Origin: Candidatus Borrarchaeum weybense
GTDB taxonomy: Archaea > Asgardarchaeota > Sifarchaeia > Borrarchaeales > Borrarchaeaceae
Assembly: GCA_019057385.1 (NCBI GenBank)
Contig: JAHQJS010000004.1
Span: forward strand, 480,001 to 544,000
Direction: 5' to 3'
Length of the DNA stretch: 64,000 nucleotides
Part shown: piece after piece, positions 52,308 to 62,539 of the stretch
Numbering within the stretch: position 1 is the stretch's first letter
How the letters are laid out: the number at the start of each line of letters is the position of its first letter
Made by a program: the position numbers and the translations under genes
Notes under the pieces: generated by a model
The model's database searches: none
What the model saw: only the letters and a program-made list of their open reading frames with translations
Told to the model about the DNA's origin: nothing

Positions 52308-53252
52308 ATGAGTTTACGAAAAGATATTTACCCTAATGCTAAGCAAAGAGATTTAGATCGTATCCTCCCTCAGTTAGTAACTGAGATTCTCAGAGCCTTT
52401 CAGTCTTGTTTTACATCAGAACAAGACCTCATACAGTTCATCAATAGACTTCCGAGCAGAGAAATTGTAGAACTCTTTCTTGATTCGGGAAGGTTTTATG
52501 CCGTCAGTAAAAGTGTCATCACAGAGCCCTTTGTGAAGTTAATAATGATCTTTTCGATGATTGAGCGATTAACTTCAGCAGAAATACCATATACTGAATT
52601 TAAAAATTGGATACGTGAGAATGAAGTGCTCAGAGCAGCAGTTGAAGAAAATCCTGACATATCAGACTTCCATCTTTCATCTCTCAAGCAACTCATAGAT
52701 AGTCTAAGAGAGAAATATAATGAGATCTACGGCTTCGTAAGAAACATACTCTCATATTTCACGGAATATATTGCTCTTAGACATCAGATAATGATCATCG
52801 CCTCAATACATGTGAAAGACACAGAGATTTTAAGAAGATATCCTGATCAGGTAACTGGGGTACAGCCATATTCTGTGACTATTTCAGATTTTGCCACTGA
52901 ACATAATCTTGAAACATCAAAGGGATATATGCCTGTTTGCTATGACTGGAGACAATGCTGTGTAGATGTTAATACATGCTGTTGGCGTTCCAAAAAAACG
53001 TGCAGATTGTGGATAGATGACGAAGAGCGCATCAAGAGGCTTAAAACAACAATAAAGTTATTGTATGACTTTAGAAGTGTATTTGTTCATCGTGCAGAAC
53101 TGCCACCTTTTAGTGAACATCCAACATTTGGAATGTATAAACATAATAAGAAATGGAGAGATTGCCTTATTCTGTTAAAGTCATCAGAATTTGAAGCAAT
53201 CTTTGAGGAATCATTTGTCGAATATTTTAAAAGCAAGATCGACCTCGAATAA
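52308..53252 (+). CDS. ApeA-like HEPN domain protein
   Basis: LIMIFSMIERL and LYDFRSVFVH (Rx4H). Confidence 0.6.
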   Translation: MSLRKDIYPNAKQRDLDRILPQLVTEILRAFQSCFTSEQDLIQFINRLPSREIVELFLDSGRFYAVSKSVITEPFVKLIMIFSMIERLTSAEIPYTEFKNWIRENEVLRAAVEENPDISDFHLSSLKQLIDSLREKYNEIYGFVRNILSYFTEYIALRHQIMIIASIHVKDTEILRRYPDQVTGVQPYSVTISDFATEHNLETSKGYMPVCYDWRQCCVDVNTCCWRSKKTCRLWIDDEERIKRLKTTIKLLYDFRSVFVHRAELPPFSEHPTFGMYKHNKKWRDCLILLKSSEFEAIFEESFVEYFKSKIDLE

Positions 53253-53269
53253 ACCGAAGTTGAATTAGA

Positions 53270-54427
53270 ATGTCACAAATTATTATGTCTCAGCCTAGAA
53301 ATCCAGTAACAGCAACTTATGTGATTTTGGGATCTGCGATAGCCTATGTCATTTTCTGGAACTTCTCACAGGATATAGTGTCCAAACTATTGATCATTTC
53401 TGTGATCGGTGGTATGATCACATCATCACTTTACTTCTTAGAACCAATCCAGTTCGTAGATAATCGCTATCTTAGAAACAAGTATGAAAAAACCATTCTT
53501 CGAGACTTCAAAGAATATACTGAGGTCACATTTGAAAACACCTTTAAAGAACCGTATTTCGATGCCGACAGGAATAATATTTATGGATCGCTTTATCTTT
53601 CTTTGGCGATCTGCGTAGGCGCTGTAGGTACGATATTCATAAATCCCTCTGTTCCCATTTGGATTCCAGTAATTTCACTTTTTATCACATTAACATTGTT
53701 AATTAACGGCATCTACTTGATTACGCTAAGGACAGAAAAAATAGAATTGGTTCACTACATACTCTCCTTAGAGAGATACACCTTAATGGAGAAAAGTGAT
53801 ATAGGCTATCCTTACGCTCCTATAGAGAAAATCAAGATTGAACTTGCTTCACGGAGGTGGGTATCTGCACGCAACATCCTTAAGCAACACACTGAAACCG
53901 TATATGCTAGATTAAGAAACATTCGTTCCAAATTACAAGGGAATAAATGGAGATGGCAAAATACCAAAATCACAGTTGAAGAAATAAAGAAAGGATTTGG
54001 GAGTAACTCTCCTTTTGAAGATGAAGTTAAGTCATATTTGAGTAATGCCAAATTAGGCAGGACATGGCTTTTTCTCCTTGATTTAGATCTCCGTGAGTTT
54101 TCTAAGAAACTTGATGAATTGGCTAGTTTCTTACAAGCAAAAAAAATGGATCTTGTATCGATCTTACATTCTAAAACTATAATCAAAATTATGGAAAGCA
54201 AGAAAAAAGATCTATCATATTTCTATAGTGATGAGACGTTTAGCCCAGATAAGGAGGTCAATTACAGAAATCTCCAGGAAAGTTTAACGGGCGATGATAT
54301 TCCGTCTCTTATTGAGGTTAAAGAAGCCATTATAGCAATTAAAGGACTTAAACCGACTTTTGATGAAATAATTCAGAAGATTGAGGCAGTAGAAGATGTT
54401 CATTTAACAGTTAAAAAAAATGATTGA
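53270..54427 (+). CDS. Protein with 4 N-terminal TMs and a helical C-terminus
   Basis: 385-aa ORF directly after the HEPN gene. Confidence 0.7.
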   Translation: MSQIIMSQPRNPVTATYVILGSAIAYVIFWNFSQDIVSKLLIISVIGGMITSSLYFLEPIQFVDNRYLRNKYEKTILRDFKEYTEVTFENTFKEPYFDADRNNIYGSLYLSLAICVGAVGTIFINPSVPIWIPVISLFITLTLLINGIYLITLRTEKIELVHYILSLERYTLMEKSDIGYPYAPIEKIKIELASRRWVSARNILKQHTETVYARLRNIRSKLQGNKWRWQNTKITVEEIKKGFGSNSPFEDEVKSYLSNAKLGRTWLFLLDLDLREFSKKLDELASFLQAKKMDLVSILHSKTIIKIMESKKKDLSYFYSDETFSPDKEVNYRNLQESLTGDDIPSLIEVKEAIIAIKGLKPTFDEIIQKIEAVEDVHLTVKKND

Positions 54428-54571
54428 ATTAAGGTTCACCAATTTGTGCATAATTCGTAACATTATCATAGAAAAAGATAAATTTAATATGGTGAAACAT
54501 TTCCTATTTCACAATCACAACTTATTCTTAGCGGGTTATTAGCAAGAGGTCATTTTTGGAGTAGATATGTC

Positions 54572-55618
54572 GTGACACAGACCGGAACACAGACAGGAAT
54601 TAAGAAGGTGAGCAAGAAAAGATTATTTGCAGTATCACTAATTTCTATTGCCTTACTTGCCTTCCTTCTGTGGTATATTGGAATCGACTCAATTATTACG
54701 GTTATCAGTACAGCAGATCCAAGATATCTTGCTCTTGCCTTAATAGTTGAGCCATTCATTTTATTAGTAAGAGCCCATAGGTGGAAACTCATAGTTGCCA
54801 ATCTTGGCTACCCTAAATTAGGACTTAAAAAAGCCTCTCTGCTATATTTGACAGGATTATATGGAGGAAGTTTCACCCCTTCAAAGCTAGGAGATCTTTT
54901 AAGGGCTTATCTCTTAGCAAGAGATTCAGATAGTAGTGTACGTGTTCCAGCTGGAAAAGCGGTTTTCTCAATCGTACTTGATAGAGTTTTCGATGTTATT
55001 TCTTTAATTACCATCGTGTTAGTTGGTGTACCACTATTTTTTGTAGGGTCACTTGCTGATTTTCAATATATCCTTTTGATTGGCGTAATCATGGCTGGAT
55101 TATTGATTGGCCTTTCTTTTCTACTCTTTAGTGAAAGATATGGAGAAAAGGTGATTAATCTATTTGCCACACCTATACTCAAAATGATTGGAGGCGTTTT
55201 CAAAGAAAAACAGAGAGATACAACATCGAAAATTTTCGATCAATTCTCTGAGAGTGTTAGCACTTTTCGTGATAAAAAAGTCTTCTTAGTAGGTGTGTAT
55301 CTTTATTCCTTAGCAATTTGGGTTTCTACATGTGGTCAAGCATATTTAGTGTTAGCAGCGCTACAACCAAACCTACCTAACGTTCTACATTTTATTACGA
55401 TTTTTCCTCTATCGATGTTTGCTGCATTAGTCCCTGTGACGATTTCTGGATTAGGAACTCGTGAAGCTGCTATGGTAGTTATTATGTCAATCATTGGAGT
55501 AAATGCTGTGACAGCATTCATCTTGTCTATTACTTTTGCCTTTGTTTCATTATGGATTCCTGCAATATGTGGAGGCATTTATGTTACAGTTAGATCGATA
55601 GAAAAAATAGGTGAATGA
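54572..55618 (+). CDS. Lysylphosphatidylglycerol-synthase TM / flippase-like domain protein
   Basis: RAHRW, TPSKLGDLLR, DRVFD, PVTISGLGTREAA. Confidence 0.9.
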   Translation: MTQTGTQTGIKKVSKKRLFAVSLISIALLAFLLWYIGIDSIITVISTADPRYLALALIVEPFILLVRAHRWKLIVANLGYPKLGLKKASLLYLTGLYGGSFTPSKLGDLLRAYLLARDSDSSVRVPAGKAVFSIVLDRVFDVISLITIVLVGVPLFFVGSLADFQYILLIGVIMAGLLIGLSFLLFSERYGEKVINLFATPILKMIGGVFKEKQRDTTSKIFDQFSESVSTFRDKKVFLVGVYLYSLAIWVSTCGQAYLVLAALQPNLPNVLHFITIFPLSMFAALVPVTISGLGTREAAMVVIMSIIGVNAVTAFILSITFAFVSLWIPAICGGIYVTVRSIEKIGE

Positions 55619-56093
55619 AGTTACTCATTGAAATCGCCACTGGGGCGATTTAGGGTAGAGTAACTAACTTTATGATCATCTCGCTGCATAGACTTGTACA
55701 ATTTAGTTTGTCATCTAATTCCGAACATTCTGTAAACTTCATTATTAAATCTCCTCTATCTTTACAACATTGGCATAAAGACGTCGCTTAATAGCATCTT
55801 CTGTACAGCCTTACAGGTCAGCGTTTTTGAGATTGCACATTTTTCTTCTTCATTGCGGAATAAACAATGAAGTTCCAAAACAATATTCCATGTCTTTTTT
55901 TGTAAAACGTTCATCTCCTGAAGTATTCTAATGAGCAGGCTAATTTCACGTCATTCTTCCTTGTATTTGTCATAAACACCTTTAGCTTTGTCTAAATTGC
56001 TATATTCGTATTTTTCGAAAACATCTAAATATAATAATCCTACGAATCTCTTCATGTCGTTTTCCTCCAAAAAATGTTTTAAACCGAAATGAG

Positions 56094-56128
56094 CGCCCCC
56101 GTCGGGATTCGAACCCGCAATCTGCCGC
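56094..56128 (-). pseudogene. 3' tRNA fragment (T-arm and acceptor strand), possible att-site relic
   Basis: Minus strand GCGGGTTCGAATCCCGACGGGGGCG; no 5' half visible. Confidence 0.6.
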
Positions 56129-56303
56129 AAGATAAATCGTCATCAAACGTTTCTTGGGCGATCAATCTTCAAAACGTTCTAGTGAAGCATCTATCATACA
56201 CAGTACGCAAGAAACAATCTCATTCTTGCAATATCGAAAATTTCTTTAGAACTCTGCCTAACTTGAGATTATGGGCGCATGTTTAAAAAAAAGAAATAGA
56301 GCG

Positions 56304-58442
56304 TTACGTATAGTATATTGGCTGCGTTATATCGTCGCTACTTACACATGGTTGTACATTCAACCTGTTTGCCATATTCACCGCGTCCTCTGGAGTGCCA
56401 TAATAGATATAAAATCCGTATATCGCCTCTGGACGTGCGTTGTCTTCTTTAAAGTAAATATTGTTGCTATCTAAAATAACTGATGTATATCTAGTTGTCT
56501 GAACGCTTATTAAACTAACATTGTTTCCTAGATAAATCCAGCCATTAGATAAAAATAATTGACATTCTTTCGCCATAAAATCGCGTAAATTGAATATTCG
56601 TCCATTTGACATTGGTGAATATGCTATGGCGTCATCTGTTACGTTGAAATATACCCTATTTGCAACGATGTCGGATGTATTTAACTCTAGTGTTACGTAA
56701 TATAATTTATCATTATATTTGGTAACGTCTAATGTATAATTCTTAAATGAACATGTAACGTTGATTGGTAGTTCTCCTGCTGTTCCCTCAGGCGTCGTCG
56801 GATTATAGTATAATGTATTTGTGCGTGTATCAATTACAACTGGTTGAGTAATATCTAACGATTGTAATAATGAATCTACAATCTTCTCCGATTCTGTAAT
56901 AACATAGTTGCTGTAATCTATCGAATATTCTACTTCACACTCTCTTGGAGTCCATCCTGTTGAATCGGATACCTCAGCAAGAAGTAGTATCTTCCATAAT
57001 TTATTTATATCTTCCTGTATCGATGTATTAACGCCAGAAATGTTTGACACGTACTTAAATGTCGCCTCAGCCGATAGTAATGATGTTCTGGCTTGATACC
57101 GTAATGTCATTATTTCGACATCTCGTTCATATCTATTGCGCTCTTCTCCCGACCATAAATAATTGCCGCCTTGAGTGACACATGGAATTTCTGGAATCTG
57201 TTTAACTGGTATATTTCTTTCTAAGCATACATCAACTAATTGCGAAATCGTTAAATATTGCGAATTGCGGCTATCGTAATCTCGTAATATATCTTCATAC
57301 CTATGTTGCTTCTCTTTGACGTATGTGAAATCGTTCTTATTTTGATATGTATTAACTTGCTCTCCATCGTCGTAATACAACCACTTATATCCGAACGGTT
57401 CCGTAGTGCTATTATCGTCTATTTTAACGTCCCTGTTGAAAATTATGTAGGAATCGTTATTTGATTGGCAAAGTCCGTAATGTTTAAATGTATCGTTTGC
57501 ATCTATATTATAATAATTATTATAAGTAGCCGTTATCATTACCAAAGTTGTATATCCATAATCTTTCATAATTTCTTTTAATGCGGGTGAATACTGCCAC
57601 TCCTGACAGCCAAATATAGGACTTCGCGTAAGATTATATTTTTTTAATATTTCATCTGATATTTCAATTGATTTCCTTAATTCTAATTCGGGGTACGCAA
57701 TAAAAAGTTGATCGGAATAATGCGTAACAACTAACTCCAACTGACCCCGATCATGTAGTTTTTTAAACAACTCGAAAACATCGGGGTATTTTTCAGCCAT
57801 GAGTTCTATACCTAAACTTTGTATTTCGAATGTGAACGCGTATTTGGGATATCTCTCATACATCAAAAGTAAGTTTCTGATAGATCCGTTAACGATACGT
57901 TCTTCTGATATAGGATCGCCCGCTCTAAACTGCGGGTTAAAATGAAAATATGATACATAAAATTCTGCCTTATTTAATGGTACAGAATGGGTAGATGTTG
58001 TATGTGCGATAATGCTTACTACTTTTTTATATACATTAGAAACGCCATATACCTCATAGTATAGCACATATATATTTTCGCCAGCGTTCTCAACAATTGT
58101 TTTGCGTGCAACCTCTGATTTACCCCAAGAAGTTAGTATAACTATCTGAGTATCTACAGGCTTTGGTGTTGCGTTTGATTCGTCAACAATTTTTAATGTT
58201 ACATGTTCTGGCTTATCTGATACAGAATGTAGTCTAATGTTTAATGTAATATCATCCCCAACTGTAACATAATCATCTACATCAGTTGTAAAATCGTCGA
58301 TGACTATTGAATTTGAGGTATTAACGCCAACCATTTTAAATGCTAACATTTGCGTAGTGAATACGCTAGAAAGGATTACAAACGCGAGAATGCACAGAGG
58401 AATAACCGTAGGCGGTATTATCCTATATGGCGCACAATGCAT
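56304..58442 (-). CDS. Secreted glycoside hydrolase family 57-like protein
   Basis: Signal-like N-terminus; YFHFNPQ, FTFEI, LELVVTHY, GCQEW, DDGE, AEVSD. Confidence 0.7.
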   Translation of the reverse strand: MHCAPYRIIPPTVIPLCILAFVILSSVFTTQMLAFKMVGVNTSNSIVIDDFTTDVDDYVTVGDDITLNIRLHSVSDKPEHVTLKIVDESNATPKPVDTQIVILTSWGKSEVARKTIVENAGENIYVLYYEVYGVSNVYKKVVSIIAHTTSTHSVPLNKAEFYVSYFHFNPQFRAGDPISEERIVNGSIRNLLLMYERYPKYAFTFEIQSLGIELMAEKYPDVFELFKKLHDRGQLELVVTHYSDQLFIAYPELELRKSIEISDEILKKYNLTRSPIFGCQEWQYSPALKEIMKDYGYTTLVMITATYNNYYNIDANDTFKHYGLCQSNNDSYIIFNRDVKIDDNSTTEPFGYKWLYYDDGEQVNTYQNKNDFTYVKEKQHRYEDILRDYDSRNSQYLTISQLVDVCLERNIPVKQIPEIPCVTQGGNYLWSGEERNRYERDVEIMTLRYQARTSLLSAEATFKYVSNISGVNTSIQEDINKLWKILLLAEVSDSTGWTPRECEVEYSIDYSNYVITESEKIVDSLLQSLDITQPVVIDTRTNTLYYNPTTPEGTAGELPINVTCSFKNYTLDVTKYNDKLYYVTLELNTSDIVANRVYFNVTDDAIAYSPMSNGRIFNLRDFMAKECQLFLSNGWIYLGNNVSLISVQTTRYTSVILDSNNIYFKEDNARPEAIYGFYIYYGTPEDAVNMANRLNVQPCVSSDDITQPIYYT

Positions 58443-58619
58443 TATTTTCCCTCATGTCATATGCAGTTCAGCAAGATAAATCCTTTTCGAATCTCTTGCA
58501 TTTCTTAAATACTGCGTGTTTTCTTGTTGTAGAACCTGTACCTGTCCAGTAAAAACAGACGTAAATAATAAATAAAGAAAAAATAAAGATGAAAATTTTA
58601 ATACATTATTTTGATATCT

Positions 58620-58709
58620 TGCGTCTTGTAATAATTGCTTGCCTTTATGTTGGGTGGTAGGCATGAGCGGTTGACCTCTCATGTTTACCACATAGATAGG
58701 TACTCTCAA
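58620..58709 (-). pseudogene. Truncated iscB/isrB (PLMP domain only)
   Basis: RVPIYVVNMRGQPLMPTTQHKGKQLLQD, then homology is lost. Confidence 0.85.
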
Positions 58710-58985
58710 ATCCTATCTCCTCCTTTAACCTGCGTTACAGGAGGTCGGTTCTCCTCGCCAAAGTTATCAGTCAGTACTCTACGATGATCACTGAGCGTTT
58801 CCTCTCTGTTTAAACCACCGTTTACAGAGCAAGGGACTAGAGAAGCATCCCTTGGTGTGTTCTTTAACTCTCCTGATAACGTAGATACCGTCATACACTA
58901 TATGACCTCTCTTAGGCTAATCAACTAATTGCTCTCAGGTCTCACGGAACAAGCCCCTACCCTTTAGGGTGGTGGGGTAATTGAC
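58710..58985 (-). ncRNA. omegaRNA (HEARO-like) with IS200/IS605 end
   Basis: GTCAATTACCCCACCACCCTAAAGGGTAGGGGCTTG start; GTTGATTAGCCTAAG, CTACGTTA, GATGCTTCTCTAGTC and TTTGGCGAGGAG blocks. Confidence 0.85.
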
Positions 58986-58986
58986 T

Positions 58987-59754
58987 CTATGTTCGTTTCT
59001 TTTTGTAAGAGCGCCTATATTTTTCGAAGTCAACAGAATCGTATACTTCTGCCATTTTGAAGAATATTGGGAAGAATTTTGCAACTTCAATGTCTTTGCT
59101 GATAAAGAAGATTGCGTTCAAACTGGATTGAGCCTCTTCATGATGTATAGCGAACCGCTTAATGTGGTCTCTGTATTTCAATAGAATTGCCCTTAATTGC
59201 TGCCCTTCTTTTGCAAGAAAGAGAGATCTAGCTGAGTACACCTCTGAACTTTTAACTAAAAATGCAGCATCAAATTTTTTGTCGATTTTAACAGTTTCAA
59301 GGTCAACTATTTCCTTGAACAAATCCTTTATGAGATGTTCTTCTTTTGGAATTACTTCTATCGTGATTGTTGCAGTCTTGCGAAGCGTTCCCATAAAAGC
59401 AAGTTTGTCTTGATCTTTTTGAAAATGATTAATTATTGGATGTAGTAGATTTTCACGATTCAATAAAACTAAGGCGACAGTAATATCTGACATGTATTTC
59501 TTTGGCACAGCATTGATTCGAAAGCCCGACCCTCCTGCGTCTTCGTATTCCGCCTTTCCTTTCACATACTTTGGAACTACTTCTTCAATCTTTTTTGTGT
59601 ATTTTTTCTTCAACCTACGATTCTTTATAAACCCCACTATTATTGAGACCATAAATATTACGATTAGAGCACCAAAAATGATAATTTGGACGGTTAGAGG
59701 TATTGCCTGTATTATCTGTGCTAAAGCATCAAAAATTCCTTGTATCAGTATCAC
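58987..59754 (-). CDS. Single-pass membrane protein, CCDC47/DUF1682-like
   Basis: TM followed by GFIKNRRL; VALVLLNRENLL...DKL motif. Family call tentative. Confidence 0.55.
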   Translation of the reverse strand: MILIQGIFDALAQIIQAIPLTVQIIIFGALIVIFMVSIIVGFIKNRRLKKKYTKKIEEVVPKYVKGKAEYEDAGGSGFRINAVPKKYMSDITVALVLLNRENLLHPIINHFQKDQDKLAFMGTLRKTATITIEVIPKEEHLIKDLFKEIVDLETVKIDKKFDAAFLVKSSEVYSARSLFLAKEGQQLRAILLKYRDHIKRFAIHHEEAQSSLNAIFFISKDIEVAKFFPIFFKMAEVYDSVDFEKYRRSYKKKRT

Positions 59755-59987
59755 GCTCCTGATAAAATCGAATTCTTTGATGACTGCCTATAATTATAAA
59801 ACCTACTGTTGAAGTTGAAATACTTATAACTACATAAGCAAACTTTTTTGAAAGATTTCATATGAAAGGAGGCATCAGGAATAGAGAAAAGCTTTTGAAA
59901 AAAATCTTACCAGCGATTGTGGGAATTACTGTAATAATCTTTCTGTCTTACATGGCAGGAAATCCCTTTTTGCCAAGAAGAGGTAGT

Positions 59988-60467
59988 TTAGAGAGGGCAT
60001 GTAAATAAAAGCGCATCTTCTCCATCGCGATAGTATCCTGGAAGTACTTTCTTCTCCACATACCCTATTTTTTGATACAAGTTTACGGCCTCAATATTAG
60101 ATTCTCTTACCTCCAAAAAACTCTCAGAGGCTCCATATTCTTTAAATCCCTCCAATGCTTCTTCTAAAAGTCTAGTTGCTATTCCTTTTCGTCGATATTT
60201 TTCAATAATTGCTATTGATACAATATGCCCTTTCTTAGTTAATTTGTAGCCTTTAAGGCTAGAAAAACCACGTTCTACTCTACCCATTACGTAACCGATA
60301 AGTGTATTCGTTTCAATATCCTCTGCTACAATGAATGCCTTCGGAAAACTTTCATAAAGACTCATAAAGAAAAGCCCTGGGTAGTTTTCAGGTAAGCAGG
60401 TTCTGTTGATGTGGATCACGGACGAGAGGTCCTGAGGTTGAAATAGGCGTATGTGTATTTGTTCCAT
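59988..60467 (-). CDS. Ard1/Naa10-type N-terminal acetyltransferase (RimI family)
   Basis: CLPENY, GHIVSIAI, RRKGIA, LEVRESN, YYRDGEDA. Confidence 0.93.
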   Translation of the reverse strand: MEQIHIRLFQPQDLSSVIHINRTCLPENYPGLFFMSLYESFPKAFIVAEDIETNTLIGYVMGRVERGFSSLKGYKLTKKGHIVSIAIIEKYRRKGIATRLLEEALEGFKEYGASESFLEVRESNIEAVNLYQKIGYVEKKVLPGYYRDGEDALLFTCPL

Positions 60468-60627
60468 CGCGCGCGCACCGCTTACATTATCACTCTTAAG
60501 CATTCTTATAGCTAATAGTTGATGACCACTCAAGTATTAAAACTGTTTTCCTTTGGCTAATATGATGGTTCCATCCAAAACGTTTTAAATTTTAGTGTAT
60601 TGTTGAATCTCACGTGAGGTACCTCAA

Positions 60628-61821
60628 GTGGAAGACATTTCGTTTGATGAATTTGATGAACAAGAAGAAGAAGTTTCGCTCCTTGATGAATTAAGAACGC
60701 ATGTTGAACAATATTTTACTATTAGAAATGCGTTTCAGGAATTCATGCCAACATTCATTGTTGAGGCGACAGAAACAAAGGAAAGCATGAAAGCACTTAA
60801 AGAAGATGTTGCAAGTCTTGGTCTTACGCCCTATCTTAGAAAATATGCATCATATGAACCTCTGCTAGTGCTAAGTTTTTTCAATCTTAATGAACGGGAA
60901 ACGGGTTTTCCTACTAAAAACGTTCTTTTATTAATTGCCACAATTGCCACAGTATCACTTGCAGGCTATCTTCACGCAGTCGCCCTACTAACACTTAGGC
61001 CAGAGGCCAATCTTATCTTTGAAATTTTCTTGTTTGTAGTAGCTGTAATGGGAATTATTGGGCTGCACGAAATGGGACATTTCTTCTTATCCAGATGGTA
61101 TGATATTGACGCCTCACTTCCCTATTTTATACCCTCAATTCCTCCGTTTGGCACATTTGGAGCATTCATTTCACTGCGAGAACTTCATCTTAATAGAGAC
61201 GAATTGTTCGATGTTGGGGTCTTCGGTCCTGTTTTCGGATTTATCGTCACCATCATTGTTACTTTGTTCGGCATAATGTTATCACCTTTCCTTATGCCAG
61301 AAACAATTCAAGCAATTACCGAGCAAGGAGGCGGGGATTTTATATCACTCCCTGAACCTCTTCTATTTACTATGCTCATAAATCTGTTAGTCTCAACTGG
61401 ATTGCTCGTTATTCCTACGGGGGCAGTACTTGTACTTCACCCGGTGGCATTTGCTGGTTGGGTTGGTATGTATATAACGGCTCTAAACCTATTCCCGATA
61501 ACACAATTAGATGGGGGGCATGTTTCTCGATCACTGTTTGGAGAAAAAGGCCACAGATATGTAGGTATGGTTGCACTAGTAGTTGTATTTGTTGTTTTAG
61601 CATTTTTCAATATAGCTTCTGCTATCATCATTATTATGGTACTGCTGTTTTTCATGAGAGCCCGTCATCCCGGACCATTGGATGACGTTTCCAAATTGAG
61701 CTCAAAACGAATTATAGTTGCGATACTAGCATATGCAATACTTGTTATTTGTATGCCGATTCCTGAGGCTTTTATTGAGTTTCTTATGAACCCCTTCTCC
61801 TTTTTTTCACAATTTCTTTGA
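60628..61821 (+). CDS. Site-2 protease (M50 family)
   Basis: HEMGH, FGTFGAFI, NLFPITQLDGGH. Confidence 0.95.
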   Translation: MEDISFDEFDEQEEEVSLLDELRTHVEQYFTIRNAFQEFMPTFIVEATETKESMKALKEDVASLGLTPYLRKYASYEPLLVLSFFNLNERETGFPTKNVLLLIATIATVSLAGYLHAVALLTLRPEANLIFEIFLFVVAVMGIIGLHEMGHFFLSRWYDIDASLPYFIPSIPPFGTFGAFISLRELHLNRDELFDVGVFGPVFGFIVTIIVTLFGIMLSPFLMPETIQAITEQGGGDFISLPEPLLFTMLINLLVSTGLLVIPTGAVLVLHPVAFAGWVGMYITALNLFPITQLDGGHVSRSLFGEKGHRYVGMVALVVVFVVLAFFNIASAIIIIMVLLFFMRARHPGPLDDVSKLSSKRIIVAILAYAILVICMPIPEAFIEFLMNPFSFFSQFL

Positions 61822-62100
61822 GCATTTAAGTTTTGTTTTCTTTGTCTACGATCAGTTATTGTGACATTAAATCAGTTATTTCGAACTAATTGTCACTTTA
61901 ATGTGATATTTTGTAGTAAAATCATGTTTTATTGGCAAAAATAACTCAAGAATTTTGTCTAGTTTATTTAAGGCTTATTTCATTTTTATCGGCAGATTTT
62001 AACCAATAAATATCATTTTTACTTACAATATCTCCAAATGGGCACCTCTCCAAGGCTTTATAGGAAATGATGTCTTTTTCATCCATACACAAGGGGTTGT

Positions 62101-62520
62101 GTGTTATTGTCATTTGATGCAGTCACTATTGATTTCTACAAACCCGAAGGAGACTACCTTCGAAGAGTCGAACCGTTTAAGGATGCTGTTTTTATTACAG
62201 CACTTGAAGTCAAGACGATTTTCGATGAATTGCACGCTGTTCAGAAACAATTAGTTCGTGCTGATTTCATGTTTCGTTTACTCAAACAATATGAACAACG
62301 AGGTTTTGATCCCAACTTGATTCTTGATCTTATGCAGCAGGTGGTATCTCACTTGTTTCCCTTAAATATCAAGGCCGCTCCCCATGACACCCGACTTCAA
62401 TTTAGACAAATCAAGAATATTGATAATCGCACTATCCTTTTTGGACATGTGGAGGAGCCAAAAAGCAAGGTGCGGAAGATGAAGTTTTCAGGCTGTCCAA
62501 GTATCCTCACTTTTGTTTGA
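62101..62520 (+). CDS. Hypothetical protein
   Basis: 139-aa ORF in an intergenic gap; no motif recognised. Confidence 0.45.
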   Translation: MLLSFDAVTIDFYKPEGDYLRRVEPFKDAVFITALEVKTIFDELHAVQKQLVRADFMFRLLKQYEQRGFDPNLILDLMQQVVSHLFPLNIKAAPHDTRLQFRQIKNIDNRTILFGHVEEPKSKVRKMKFSGCPSILTFV

Positions 62521-62539
62521 TAGTTCATCTGAATGAATG

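Noticed and set aside
56089-56286. 65-aa ORF or a complete tRNA gene
   Set aside because: The ORF start is the reverse complement of a tRNA T-arm, and no D-arm or 5' acceptor strand is present.
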